In this document: positions 22,731 through 36,384 of the stretch, in pieces
How the letters are laid out: each line of letters opens with the position of its first letter
Numbering within the stretch: the first letter of the stretch is position 1
Notes under the pieces: model-generated
Database searches by the model: none
What the model was told of the DNA's origin: nothing
Seen by the model: only the letters and a program-made list of their open reading frames with translations
Source of the DNA: Mobula hypostoma
Lineage: Eukaryota
Assembly: GCF_963921235.1 (NCBI RefSeq)
Contig: NC_086110.1
Span: forward strand, 9,548,001 to 9,612,000
DNA length: 64,000 nucleotides
Direction of reading: 5' to 3'
Program-made: the position numbers and the translations under genes

Positions 22731-23555
22731 CATAAAAGTTGCTGGTGAAAGCAGCAGGCCAGGCAGCATCTCTAGGATAAGGTACATTCGACGTTTCTGG
22801 CCAAGATCCTTCGTCAGGCCTAACTGAAAGAAGAGCTAATAAGAGATTTGGAAGTCGGAGGGCGAGAGGGAGATCTGAAATGATAGGAGAAGACAGGAAG
22901 GGGAGGGATGGAGCCAAGACCTGGAGAGTTGATTGGCAAAATGGATATGAAAGGTTCATGGGACAGGAGGCCGAGGGAGAAAGAAAAGGGGGAGGGGGGA
23001 AACCCAGAGGATGGGCAAGGGGTATAGTGAGAGGGACAGAGGGAGAAAGAGGAGAGAGAAAAAAAGAATGCGTGTATATAAATAAAAAATGGGGTACGGG
23101 GGGAGGTGGGGCATTAGCGGATGTTTGAGAAGTTTGACGAGGAATTAAAATGCGTGGCCACTGTGAAATCCTGCTTTCTCTGGCGGACAGAGCGTAGTTG
23201 TTCAGCGAAACAATCTCCCAGTCTGCTTCGGGTCTCGCCAATATATAGAAGGCCGCATCTGGAGCACCGGACGCAGTACATCACCCCAGCCGACTCACAG
23301 GTGAAGTGTCGCCTCAGCTAGAAGGACTGTTTGGGGAAAGCCGGATCTCCCAGCGGCCACACATTTTAACCTTCAACCTGATGGCATGAACATTGACTTC
23401 TTAAACTTCCGCTAATGCCCCACCTCCCCTCGTACCCCATCCGTTATTTATTTATTTATACACACACATTCTTTTTCTATACCTCTTGCCCATCCCCAGC
23501 AATTTTATGTATGTTGCTTCAAAATCCAGCATCCACAGACTTCCTCGCGTTTGCG
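22731..23555 (-). mobile_element. Penelope-like element: GIY-YIG endonuclease remnant plus pseudo-LTR, with an inverted partial copy
   Basis: Minus frame at about 23145-23320 reads HFTCESAGVMYCVRCSRCGLLYIGETRSRLGDCFAEQLRSV. 23340-23480 is an inverted partial copy. A degenerate hammerhead core lies at about 22790-22817. Confidence 0.88.
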
Positions 23556-23949
23556 TCATTTTTCTACAAGTAGTTCCACGCCAGCCTCCGCCCACCTGCC
23601 TGTCTTTCCAATACAATGTGTGTCCTTAGACGTTAAAGTCCTAATTATGATCTTCTTTCAGCCATATTTCATTTATGCCCACAATGTCACGCATGCTAAT
23701 TTTTAACTGCTCTACAATATCGTCTATCTTATTCCGTATACTGTTTGCATTCAATTATAACATCTTCCGTCGTGTTATTCATCACCCTTTTGGATTTTGC
23801 CGTCATCTCTCTGACAACAATTTTACCTTATTATCTGCCTGTCCATCCTCACATTCTCATTACACACTGTATCGGCGTATGCCAACTGCCTCATATTCAG
23901 TCCCCTCACTCCAGTCCCCATCTTTCTGCCAACTTTGTTTAAATCCTCC

Positions 23950-24640
23950 CCGACAGCTCTAGCAAACCTGCCAGCAAATATATTAGTCCCCATAGGGTTC
24001 AGGTGTAATCCATCCTTCTTTGCAGGTCATAAATTGCCCAAAAGAGATCCGATTGTCCAGATCCAGAAATCCGAAGGCCTGCGCACTGCAACACTTCCAC
24101 AGCCACGCATTCATCTGTATCATCATTCTATTTAGGTCCTGACTAGCACGTGGTTCCCGGATAATCCAGAGATTACTGCCATGGAGGTCGTGTTTTTCAC
24201 CCTTTACTTTAACCTCATACTCACTGTGCATGACCTGTTTCCACTTTCTACCTATGCCTTTGGTGTCAATATGCACCAGGGCCTCTCGCTGTTCACCTCC
24301 CCTCTCGAGAATCTTTTTCAGCTGCTCAGAGACATCCTGGACCCTAGTACCTGAGGGGACAACACGCCATCCTGGCTTCTCATTCATGGCCAAATAATCT
24401 CTTGTCGTCTCCCTATTGAGTCTGTTGTCATTAAGCTCAACCTGACTTTACCCTTCCCTGCTGAGCCTCAGAGCGCCTATAATGCAACTTGGCTGTCTTC
24501 TGCCGTGCCCTGATATCATCCTCTCCTCCCCCTCCCCCACAGCAGTATCGAAATGAGTATACTTATTGCTGAAGGAAATCATGGAATCATGCGCTGACTG
24601 TTTAGTGCCCTTATTTCTCCAGGTGATCACCCATCTACTA
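23950..24640 (-). mobile_element. Degenerate CR1 ORF1 (SGNH esterase) fragment
   Basis: VPSGTRVQDVSE and ALVHIDTKGIG motifs (23983..24393). Confidence 0.75.
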
Positions 24641-25684
24641 TCTAAAGCCTGATTGAGGATGTGACCAACTCGGTATAATAATCATCGATGATTTTTTTCA
24701 GCCTCTTGGATGGTCCTGAGTATATTCAACTCTAGTTCCAGTTCCTTAATATTGCTAGAAAGGAACTGAAGTTTGATGCATATCCTGCAGGTATAGTAAT
24801 TAAGGAGACCTGAAATCCCACATTTCAAGAAAGAGAATTCCACTGCCCGAACTACCAACTTGCCTTCATTTGCTATGCTTTTCAAACTTAAATACGAGCC
24901 TCTGCCTGTTCTTGCCAAAGCCTGACCACTGCTACAATGACTGCTCCGCTTACACCCTGCATCTTTGTATTGGCCCTTGGAAATTACCCTAGTTAATATT
25001 AAAACTAAGAGATCTCCTGCTTTGCAGGCAAGTCCCGAAAAGTCCCATTCTCTGTTTAAATTTGGCGCGTAACGCCCAGAAGGAACTCTCTCCAATTCAC
25101 TCAAAGCTCAAAGCTTAAAATAAATTTATTATCAAAGCATCCGTACGTTATACATACTTGAGATTCGCCTCCTAAGAGACGGCCATAAAATAAGAAATCC
25201 CAAAAGAAGACCGTCAGACACCCAATGTGGGGAGAGAGAACAATAAACGCAAGTAAATTCTGTTCTGAACTGTTTTTCACGGATACCGTGTTCAGTATGG
25301 AGCGGAGCAGCACCCGGTTCTTTACTCGTCCAAACATAGGGTTCAGTCACCACCGTACGCTCTGGGGCCTGGATCCCGCCGCCTCGATTCGGCCTGTACT
25401 CAACCTTTCGGATTCGGCCTGGCACTTAAACCGATGGAAGCTAGGGTCTTCCTCGCCTTGTTTTTACCATCGAATTCCCTTCAAGTCCAAAGGGAATTTA
25501 CAGACTGATGCTTGCGATGATTGTTTGTCAGAAAATAAGTGCCCCGCTCGCTTTTTAAAATATACACGTAAATTCCACAAGGATGTACTGTATCTCCAAT
25601 TCACTCCGCAATCGTCCACTTCATAGACAAGGAAGATTGTGAGTTCAAGAATAGAACTTAAGGAATAAGGGGTATGTTAAATAG

Positions 25685-28400
25685 TGTATGGTAATGTAAT
25701 GGGTGGAAACATGTATATTTCACAACCACCGTCATTGAGCTGGGGTTCACTTTAAGAGGCTGGTCTGGTGTGATGACATAATTACGTAGCTTTCTCTAAC
25801 TGCGGTTTGTATTCTGTGTTTGGAGCACAATGAATGAGTTCTTCCGGTTTTCCTCAGACTTAAATGCCTCACATGTTTATGTTTGCGAAAAATTACATTG
25901 GTGATCCAAATGCTCTGGACGATTCCAGAGCTATAGAACATGTTGGCCAATGCAGTAACTTTGAAACTGCTGGAGTTTTGGGAGCAAAAGGTTGTAACTT
26001 GGTTGTACAAGCCAAGGCCCTATTCGCTCTGCGGGAATCTCAGCGGACGACAGCTCTTTCTACTACCTGGTAGCTTCGCTCAGTACTTCCACGGCTGTGA
26101 GAATGGTGAGTTTACTTGAATACCTGCCTGAATGTGATAAATATCGTACGTTGAGAACTAAACTTTTACATAATTTTAGACTATCGGTGTCTGAGCGCGC
26201 CAAACAATTGCTTCCTTGCCTGGCCTCAAGGATGCTCGGCCTTCGGAGCTAATGGACCACATGTTGTTTCTCCTGGAAAAGCACCATCCTTCTTTAATCT
26301 TTAGCAAACCTTTCATGCAGCAAGTGCATGATCAGGTTCACATAACCCTCGCTAATGCACCTTCGAAGGGCTATAGATAGCTTGGTAAAATGGTTGATAG
26401 TCTGCACTCAGCCAGGCAGCAGTCCATAATTCCTCCACTATTCCCTGCCTCTATATGCCCGTTCATCAAAGCCTCCAGCACATACGCGACTGCGAAACAG
26501 ACAATACTGGGTCTGTGCTTTTGTCATGCTCGCTTTGGAACAAACGTTAAGTATTGCCAACCACGTTGCAGCTTCGACAGTACCAAAGCATCAAGACGTC
26601 TGAGGTCTGTGAACACCGTGGGTTCCAGCTGCCAGGATAGTCTAATGTTCACTATGGACATCCTTTTAGGGCGACGCTTCCTGTGTGACACGGGTGCTCA
26701 AGTGAGTGTGCTGCCAGCATCGCCTATTGATGAGAAGGCAAATAGCTGGAGGCCGTCAACGAAAGCCGAATCCAGACTACGGGACACGACGGATGACGCT
26801 CTGCTTCTGTGAGTGACGTTACGCACTTCGCTCTGGCTACAGTGGTTGGAGATTTGCTCAGTGCCGATTTCCTGTGTGTCTAAGGAGTGTTAGTCCCGTT
26901 TAAGTACTGCCGGCTTGTGGATGGCAAAGACCCCGCTCCCCAGGAAGTTCCCAACAACAACTCAGACAAATGTATGTACAACGGCATGTCAGTTTACTCA
27001 ACTGCTGGGCGAACTCACAAACCTCACCAAGCCCACATTCGCAATTAAAGTCACAAAACGTGGGTTTGAGGACCACATTTCTACAACTGGCCCGCTGATC
27101 CTCATCCGCGCATGTAAAATGAAAGCAGAAAAGCTGGCAATTGCAAAGGCTGAGTATGTAACATGGAAACACTTGATATTGTCCGCCGGTCGAATGGCCA
27201 ATAGGCTTCGCTCCTCCACATGGCCCCTAAGTCCAATGGTGGTTGCTCCCCTTGTAGTCATCACTGACGCCTTAATAAGGTCACCACCTCCGGCCCTTAC
27301 TCGGTCCCGCATATCCAAGACTTTTCGGCCTGTTTATCCAGAAAGTTATTTTACTACCGAACTTAGATAGGAGCTTATCATCAAGTGTCTGTGTGCTCAG
27401 AGAACATCCACAAAGCGACTCTGATAACGCTGTTTGAACTCTTTGAATATCTGCCAGCTCTTGAGGCCATACGTTTAGGAGTTGACCATGCCTGCATGTC
27501 AGCCGACCAAGCTACGTACCTAGAAGTCCAGGCGTACCGAACAGCAGTAACAGGCCTGCAGTTGGGTGATGTTAATTTCGAAGAAGCCGCGGGTTCTCTC
27601 ATATGCGAGTTCTCCACTGGTCGTCCTCGCTCCATAGTGCAAACTGGAAGTGGACTGTTTTTTACGCTATACATGGCCTCGCACATCCGAGCCAGAAGGT
27701 CTTACAGAAACTGGTTGAACTAAATTTGTGTGGCACGGTTTTAGAAAGGATATGCATGATTGAAGTATCGAGTGGCAACGAGCAAAAATTAACCGTCATG
27801 TTCAGGCACCATTGGCAATCTTTGAGGTCATTGAGAGACGGTTTGATCATGTTAATGTGGATCTAATTGGTCCCTTTTCCCCCCTACCACGATTACATGT
27901 ACCTTCTTCCCATGGTGGACGGTGATACCAGTTGATAGATATCAAACCTTTAGCAACCCCGACAGCTAAAGACGTGGCTTGGGCGCTCATCAGCACCTAG
28001 TTGCTCGCTTTAGCACTCCTTCAGCATTGGCGTTACGACATGACCATGAGTTCGTGAACACATATCTGGACGAGCCAGAGGCACCTGGTGTTCCTCCGCC
28101 CATACAACATAGGACCCGTGCCGGGAAGCTGGTCCGAGTTCTACACAAACGCACAATGCTATGTTAGTCAATTCTGGGTGGCCTGTATAGGGTAAAGTAA
28201 TGGGTGGAACGATGCATAATTCTCAACCACCGACATTGATTCAGGGTTCAGTTTAAAGGAGCTGCTCATTCGCGATTATGTAATTACTTAATTTTCTTTT
28301 TACCACGCTTTCTGTTCTCTGTTTGGAGCACAATAGAAGAGTTATTAAGTTTTCGTTACGCTTAAAATGTCTCACGTTATTTTATTTACGAAACCCTACA
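25685..28400 (+). mobile_element. Internally deleted Gypsy/Ty3 LTR retrotransposon with both LTRs
   Basis: LTRs 25685-25897 and 28184-28400, TG...CA termini, ATAG TSD, PBS-like ttggtgatcc, gag-like start, protease FLCDTGAQVSVLP, integrase HGLAHPSQK ... HVNVDLIGP. Confidence 0.9.
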
Positions 28401-28404
28401 ATAG

Positions 28405-28850
28405 AAACTACCTTTGAGTCTGGTGGTACGTACTTTCAGACTTTTGTATCTTCTTCTCAAGAGGGTAGAGAGAGAAGTGAGAATCACCGGGGTGCATGAG
28501 TCTTTTATTATGGGGGCTGCTTTACCGAGGCAGCAAGAGGTGTGGATAGAGTCGATAGACGAGAGGCTGGTTTCCAATGAAGTGCTGATCTGTGTCCACG
28601 ACATTGCGGTTTCGTGCTCATACTAAGCTGTGATGCATCTTGATATGATACTTTCTGTGGTGCATCTATGAAATTGGTGAGAGTCAACGAGGATATATTT
28701 AGCCCCCGGAGAAAATCAAGGCGCTGGTGAACTGTATTGGGCACAGCATTTACCAGGTCGAAATAGGATCGTACTTCATTTCTAGGAATCTGAAACCCTC
28801 TACCTTCCAAACCTCAGCAATTTTGATGCATTCTCAAGAGACTGCAGCAG
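28405..28850 (-). mobile_element. Rex1/Babar-like LINE 3' fragment
   Basis: RRYKSLKVRTTRLKGSFY (28386..28604) resembles the Rex1-type ORF C-terminus. Confidence 0.65.
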
Positions 28851-31035
28851 GGATCCAATCGCAGACCCAGTATTGTGCACATAGTAACATTAATTGAGTA
28901 ACAAATCCGGAGGTGCAAACAAAGTCGGCGTCAAAGTTCAGGCAGAGGTCAAAACATCCAGAGAAATCCAAAAACCAGAATCGGGAAACAGGCAGCGTCG
29001 ATATTCAGACGGACAGAATGCAGATGCAAATGCTGGAAAGGCTCAGGAAAATCTCTCCTTCTCTCTGTGAATGACAGGCCAACATCATAGGGAAAAAGTG
29101 CAGAGAGGTGGGAATGAAGCAGAATTTCAGTGTAGCCAATGGCTATAGCACCTGTCCCAGAACAACATAATTAACAATAGCTATACCCTCGAAGCATTCA
29201 GTTCTTGAACTGGCTGGCTCAAACTTAATCGATAGCGCACAGTACAATGACTATTTTAATCACTTTGTAGTAAAATGGACTTTATTTCTTCTAATTGTAC
29301 ACTTCCTTGCAAAACAATTGTACACACTTTATATTTAGTTCATGTGTTTTGTGATTTTCCTTGTGAATGCAGTTTATATAGTTTGAATGAGCTAGGGCTT
29401 TTTTCTTTAGAGCAAAAGAGGATGAGAGATGACTTGGTAGATGGGTACACCATGATTTGAGGCATATATCTAGAGACAGACCTTGTCTCAGGCAGAAATA
29501 GCTAATGCGAAGGGGCTTACCTTTAAGATCAATGAAGGAAAGCACAGGGAGGACATAGAAACATAGAAACATAGAAAACCTACAGCACAAAGCTGTTCCG
29601 AACATGTCCTTACCTTGGAACATTATAGGCTTACACATAGACCTCTACTTTTCTAAGCTCCATGTACCTATCCAGGAGTCTCTTAAAAGACCCTATCGTT
29701 TGTGCCTCCTCCACCGCGGCTGGCAGCCCATTCCACGCAGTCACCACCCTCTGCGTAAAAGACTTACCCTGACATCTCCTCTGTACCTAATTCCAAGCAC
29801 CTTAAAACTATACCCTCTCGTGCTAGCCATTTCAGCCCTGGGAAAAAGCATCTGACTATCTACACGATCAATGCCTCTCATAACCTTGTACACCACTATA
29901 AGGTCACCGCTCATCCTCCATCATTCCAAGGAGAAAAGGTCGAGTTCACTCAACCTCTGAAAGCCCTCCACACTATCTATAACACTCCCAATGTTTGTGT
30001 CATCGGCAAATTTAATAAGCCATCCGTCCACTTCCTCATCCAGGTCATTTATAAAATTCACGAAGAATAGGGGTCCCAGAACTGATCCCTGAGGCACACC
30101 GACCTCCATGCAAAATATGAGCCTTCTACAACCAAGCCAGTTCTGGGTCCACAAAACAACATACCCTTGGATCCCATACCTCTTTACTTTCTCAATAAGC
30201 CTTACATGGGGTACCTTATCAAATACTTTGCTGAAATCCATATACATTACATCTTCGGTTCGACCTTCATCAATGCGTTTAGTCTCAGAATTCCTCAGAA
30301 GAATTCCGTCAGGCACGTAAGGCACGCCCTGCCTTTGCCAAAGCCATGCTGACGATTCCTAATCATATTATGCCTCTCCGAATGTTCATTAATTCTTCCA
30401 CTTGGGATCTTCTCCATCAAATAACCAACCATTGAAGTAAGGCTCGCTGGTCTATAATTTCCAGGGATATCTCAACTCCCTTTCTTGAATAAGGGAACAA
30501 TATCGGCAACCGTCCAATATTCTGGATCCTCTCCCGTCCTCATTGATGATGCAAATTTCATCGCCAGAGGCTCAGCAATCTCCTCCCTTGCTTCCCTGGG
30601 GTACATCCCGTCCTGACCCGGTGCCTTATCCAGCTTGATGAGTAACAAAAGCTCCAGCACATCCTCTTCCTCGGTATCTACATGCACAAGCTTTACAGTA
30701 CGCTGCAAGTCTTCCCGACAACTGCCAAGATCCATTTCCGTAGTGAATACTGAAGCAAAGTATTCATGAATTACCTCTGCAATCTCCTCCGGTTCCATAC
30801 ACACTTTTCCATTCTCACACTTAATTGGTCCCTATTTTCTTACATCTTATCCTCTTGCTTTTCACATACTTGTAGAACGCCTTGGGGTTTTCCTTAATCC
30901 TGTCCGCCAAGGCCTTCTCATGGCCCCTTCTGGTTCTCCTAATTTCATTCTTAATCTCCTTCCTGCCAGCCTTATAATCTTCTAGATCTCTAACATTACC
31001 TAGCTTTTTGAACCTTTCGTAAGATCTTCTTTTCT

Positions 31036-31898
31036 TTGTGACGAGAATGCACATAAAATTAAGATGTTTGCTGGCCTGGCTTAGCATCAGTGACATCAGC
31101 AAGTGGTCTGCCACCTGCCCTCAGGGGAAGGAGAGATAAGGAACAATGGAGCAGCGTCTGGAGATGTGTAATGAAGGGACGGGGGAGAGAGAGCTGTCTG
31201 GGGCGGCTCCCCCCTTTGAACCTTGAACTGTTTGAAGTGATGGACAGGCGATACCCCAGCAGGGGGATAAAAAGGGACCGGTTCACTAAGGCGGACACAC
31301 ACGCCACCCGAGGTAACGAGACCCTGGAAGCGGTACGCTTCTCACGAGTCGGTGGGAAGTACCAGACAACGGCCAGGGTGGAAAGGTACGATCAGCGGGA
31401 ACCCGGTGTGTGTCCGCCCTTGCCTGGGTGCCGGGTTCACTGCAGAGGATCGACCGCATCTGGAGGAGGGGTCACAGTCGGTGACCTCAGGTGACATCAC
31501 CAAGGACCCGCCCAAAAGTTGCTTGTGAGCCATCTCGCCGGTCTGTGAGTGAAGCCGTGTCTGAATGATCAATTGTTCCTGTTCTCTCTCTCTCTCCCCC
31601 CACGTTGTCCAACGCCATGGCAACGATTACTGCGAACTGAACTACTAAACTGGACTGAACTTTGAGTCACTTTGAAATTTGGTCATTTACCCCTAGACAA
31701 CGATAGAGCTTGATTGATGCTGTTATCTTAATTCTGTGCACATGTGTGGTTATCATTGCTGAACTGTTACATTTATTATCCTTTCGATTACTGTGTTGCT
31801 TGTTTCTTTAATAAAACTTTCTTAGTTCTAGTACTCCAGACTCCAACTGAGTGATCCATTTCTGCTGGTTTGGCAACCCAGTTACGGGGTACGTAACA
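31036..31898 (+). mobile_element. Solo LTR (863 bp) with 4-bp TSD
   Basis: TGTGAC...GTAACA termini; TCTT at 31032-31035 and 31899-31902; AATAAA at 31810. The host CR1 sequence is contiguous when the insert is removed. Confidence 0.88.
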
Positions 31899-33170
31899 TC
31901 TTCTTGACTAGATTTACAACAGCCTTTGTACACCACCGTTCCTGTGGCCTACCATCCTCTCCCTGTATAATTGGAACGTACCTATGCAGAACACCACACA
32001 AATATCCTCTGAACATTTGCCACAATTCTTCCGTACATTTCTCTGATAACATCTCTTTCCAATTTATGCTTCCAAGTTCCTGCCTCATAGCTTCATATTT
32101 CCCCTGACTACAATTAAACGTTTCCCTAACTTATCTTTTCCTGTCCCTCGTCAATGCTTTGGTAAAGGAGATAGAAATGTGATCACTATCTCTAAAATGC
32201 TCTCCCACTGAGAGACCTGACACCTGATCAGGTTCATTTCCCAATACCAGATCAAGTACATCCTCTCCTCTTGTAGAGTTATCTACATATTGTGTCAAGA
32301 ACCTTTCCTGAACACACCTAACAAACTCAACGCCACCTACACCCCTCACTCTATGGAGATGCCAATCAGTATTTCGGAAATTAAAATCTCCCACCACAAT
32401 AACCCTGTTATTATTAAACCTTTGCAGAATCTATCTCCCTATCTGCTACTTGATGTCCCTGTCACTATTAGATGGTATATAAAAAACAAGCAGTACAGTA
32501 ATTGTCCCCTTCCTATTCCTAACTTGCGCCCAGAGAGGCTCCGTAGACAACTCTTCCATGACTTCATCCTTTTTTGCAGCCGTGACACTATCTCTGATCA
32601 ACAGTGCCACACCCCCACCTCCTTTGCCTCCCTCCCTGTCCTTTCTGAAACATAGAAAACTTGACACTTGCAGTAGCTACTCCTGCCCCTGCACCATCCA
32701 AGTTTCTGTAATGGCCACTACATCATAGCTCCAAGTTCTGATCGACGCTCTAAGCTCATCCGCTTTGTCCATAATACTCCTCGCATTAAAATGGACACAT
32801 CTCAAACCATCGGTCTGAGCTCCTCCCTTCTCTATTATCTGCCTATCCTCCCTTTCACACTGTCTCCAAGCTTTCTCTATTTGTGATCCAACCTCCCCTT
32901 CCTCCGTCATTTCACCTCGGTTCCCACCCCTCAGCAATTCTTGTTTGAAGTCTCCCCAATAGCCTAAGCAAAGCTTCCCGCCAAGATATTCGTCCCTCTG
33001 GGATTCAATTGCAATCCATCCTTTTATACAGGGCACACCTGCCCCAAAAGAGGTCCCAATGAGCCAGAAATCTGAATGCCCAATGCTCCAATCCCTGAGC
33101 CACGGATTTATCCTATTTATTCTATTCCGATACTCACTGTCACGTGGCACAGGCAGTAATCCCGTGATTA

Positions 33171-33408
33171 GCACTGAGCGTCATAGGAAGTCATTCCTGC
33201 CTGTGGCCATCAAACTTTACAACTCCTCCCTTGGAGGGTCAGACACCCTGAGCCGATAGGCTGGTCCTGGACTTATTTCATAATTTACTGGCATAATTTA
33301 CAAATTACTATTTAACTATTTATGGTTCTATTACTATTTATTATTTATGGTGCAACTATAACGAAAACCAATTTCCCCCGGGGTCAATAAAGTATGACTA
33401 TGACTATT
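33171..33408 (+). mobile_element. 5'-truncated Rex1/Babar-like LINE 3' end
   Basis: RHRKSFLPVAIKLYN, then AATAAA and an (ATGACT)n tail, inserted in CR1 ORF1. Confidence 0.7.
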
Positions 33409-34159
33409 ACCACCTTTGACGTCGTGTTTTTCAACTTCCTTCCTAACTCCTCCCTTTTCTAATCTGTGTTTACGGGAACTCCTTCCTTTTCCTACCTATG
33501 TCGTTGGTACCAATATGCACCACGACCTCTGGATGTTCACTTTCCCACTTCAGGATATCGTGGACGCAATCAGAAACATCCCGGACCCTGGCATCTGGGA
33601 GGCAAACTGGCATCCGCGTATCTTTCCTGCGTCCACAGAATCTCCTGTCTGACCCTATAACTATAGAGTTTCCTATCATTGCTACATTCTTCCTTTCCCT
33701 ACCCTTCTGATCCACAGGGCTAGACTCTGTTCCAGAGGGGCGCCCACTGTTGCTTCCCGCAGGTAGGCCGTTCCCCCATAACAGTGCCCAGACAGGAGTA
33801 CTTATTGTTAAGGCGGACAGCCACAGGGGAACTATCTCGTATCTCCCTCTTGCCCTTCCCTCTCCTGAGTGTTAACCACGTATCTGTCTCCCCAGGCCCA
33901 ACTGTGAGTACATGCCTATAGTTCCTCTCTAACACCTCTTCACTTTCCCAGACCAGACAAGAGTTGAAGGTTGAATCTTGAAGGATTCCTGAACAAGTAT
34001 TCCCATGTCCCTTTGCACCTCTGAATTCTGAATTTTCTTCCAATTTAGAAAATGGCCTACACCATTATTTTTCCTAAAAAAAATGCATAACCCCACAATT
34101 TCCGGTGGTGCATTCCATCTGACACCTTTTTCCCACTCTCCCCACCTGTCCAATTCCTT

Positions 34160-36050
34160 TTGTGACTGTAAAAGCTTTTATAGATATGTGAAAATTGACT
34201 GTAAAAACTTTTATAGATATGTGAAAAGAAAAAGATTGGTTAACAGAAATGTAGGTCCCCTACAGACAGAAATAGGTGAATTGATTATGGGGAGTAAGGA
34301 CATGGCAGACCAATTGAATAATTACTTTGGTTCTGTCTTCAGTAAGGAGAACATAAATAATCATCTGGAAATAGTAGGGGACAGAGGGTCCAGTAAGATG
34401 GAGGAACTGAGGGAAATACATGTTAGTAGGGAAGTGGTGTTAGGTAAATTGAAGGTATTAGAGGCGGATAAATCCCCAGGGTCAGATGGTCTGCATCCCA
34501 GAGTGCTTAAGGAAGTAGCCCAAGAAATAGTGGATGCATTCGATTTTTTCAAAACCCTTTAGATTCTGGACTAGTTCCTGAGGATTGGAGGGTGGCTAAT
34601 GTAACCCCACTTTTTAAAAAAGGAGGGAGAGAGAAACCGCGGAATTATAGACCGGTTGGCCTAACATCGGTGGTGGGGAAACTGCTAGAGTCAGTTATCA
34701 AAGATGTGATAACAGCATATTTGGAAAGCGGTGAAATCATCCGACAAAGTCAGCATAGATTTGTGAAAGGAAAATCATGTCTGACGAATCTCATAGAATT
34801 TTTTGAGGGTGTAACTAGTAGAGTGGATAGGGGAGAACCAGTGGATGTGGTATATTTGGATTTTCAAAAGGCTTTTGACAAGGTCCCACACAGGAGATTA
34901 GTGTGCAAACTTAAAGCACACGGTATTGGGGGTAAGGTATTGATGTGGATAGAGAATTGGTTGGCAGAGAAGAAGCAAAGATTGGGAATAAACGGGACCT
35001 TTTCAGAATGGCAGGCAGTGACTAGTGGGGTACCGCAAGGCTCAGTGCTGGGACCCCAGTTGTTTACAATATATATTAATGACTTGGATGAGGGAATTAA
35101 ATGCAGCATCTCCAAGTTTGCGGATGACACGAAGCTGGGTGGCAGTGTTAGCTGTGAGGAGGATGCTAAGAGGATGCAGGGTGACTTGGATAGGTTAGGT
35201 GAGTGGGCAAATTCATGGCAGATGCAATTTAATGTGGATAAATGTGAGGTTATCCACTTTGGTGGCAAAAACAGGAAACCATATTTTTATTTGAATGGTG
35301 GCCGATTTGGAAAAGGGGAGGTGCGATGAGACCTGGGTGTCATTATACACCAGTCATTGAAAGAGGGCATGCAGGTACAGCAGGTGGTGAAAAAGGCGAA
35401 TGGTATTCTGGCATTCATAGCAATAGGATTCGAGTACAGGAGCAGGGATGTACTACTGCAGTTGTACAAGACCTTGGTGAGACCACACCTGGTGTATTGT
35501 GTGCAGTTTTGGTCCCCTAATCTGAGGAAAGACATTCTTGCCATAGAGGGAGTACAAAGAAGGTTCACCAGATTGATTCCTGGGATGGCAGGTCTTTCAT
35601 ATGAAGAAAGACTGGATGAACTAGGCTTATACTCGTTGGAATTTAGAAGATTGAGGGGCGATCTGATTGAAACGTATAAAATTTTAAAGGGATTGGACAG
35701 GTTAGAGGCAGGAAGATTGTTCCCGATGTTGGGGAAGTCCAGAACGAGAGGTCACAGTTTGAGGATAAAGGGGTAGCCTTATAGGACCGAGATTAGGAAA
35801 TACTTCTTCACACAGAGAGTGGTGAATCTGTGGAATTCTCTGCCACAGGAAACAGTTGAGGCCAGTTCATTGCCTATATTTAAGAGGGAGTTCGATATGG
35901 CCCTTGTGGCTAAAGGGATCAGAGAGTATGGAGGGAAGGCTGGTACAGGGTTCTGAGTTAGACGATCAACCATGATCATACTGAATGGCGGTGCAGGCTC
36001 GAAGGGCCGAATGGCCTACTCCTGCACCTATTTTCTATGTTTTCTATGTT
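34160..36050 (+). mobile_element. 5'-truncated, relatively young CR1 LINE (RT through 3' tail)
   Basis: ORFs 34083..34562, 34592..35329 (VYLDFQKAFDKV, KFADDTK) and 35357..35776; (TTTCTATG)n tail. Confidence 0.93.
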
Positions 36051-36384
36051 TTGCAGACTTCCTGCCTCTGTATCAATCCCTGTTCCTTCACTTCTTGTGG
36101 CATCTTCTGCAAAAAATTAGATGCAATACCGCACGCAGGCGACACCTCACAGTAAGTACAAAATGCAAGATTCAACTAAACACATTACTAATAACACTGT
36201 TTCTAAAGGAAATTGTGGTCAACTATCACTGCAAATGTTCAGGGGGCAAGCGGAGGCGAAACTGATTCGAACGATGGACCGTGCTGGTGCATTGCACGGC
36301 CAAGGGGCAACGTGTTCAAGACAAGGTCGCTGCCGATGTTGAACTGAATGATTTGGAGAGGAGTCCATGCAGAAGTGTTTCACA

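Larger units (their letters stand above)
29553..33900 (-). mobile_element. Mosaic CR1 LINE (ORF1 esterase, endonuclease, RT, tail) interrupted by a solo LTR and a Rex1 tail
   Basis: IGNSIV, VVVHIGTND, CVHFNARS, VGDFNF and YMDFSKVFDK motifs; tail at 29553. Confidence 0.85.

Noticed and set aside
36057-36150. Exon-like block between ttttgcag and gtaagt on the plus strand
   Set aside because: The acceptor is created by a LINE tail, no translation resembles a known domain, and there are no partner exons.
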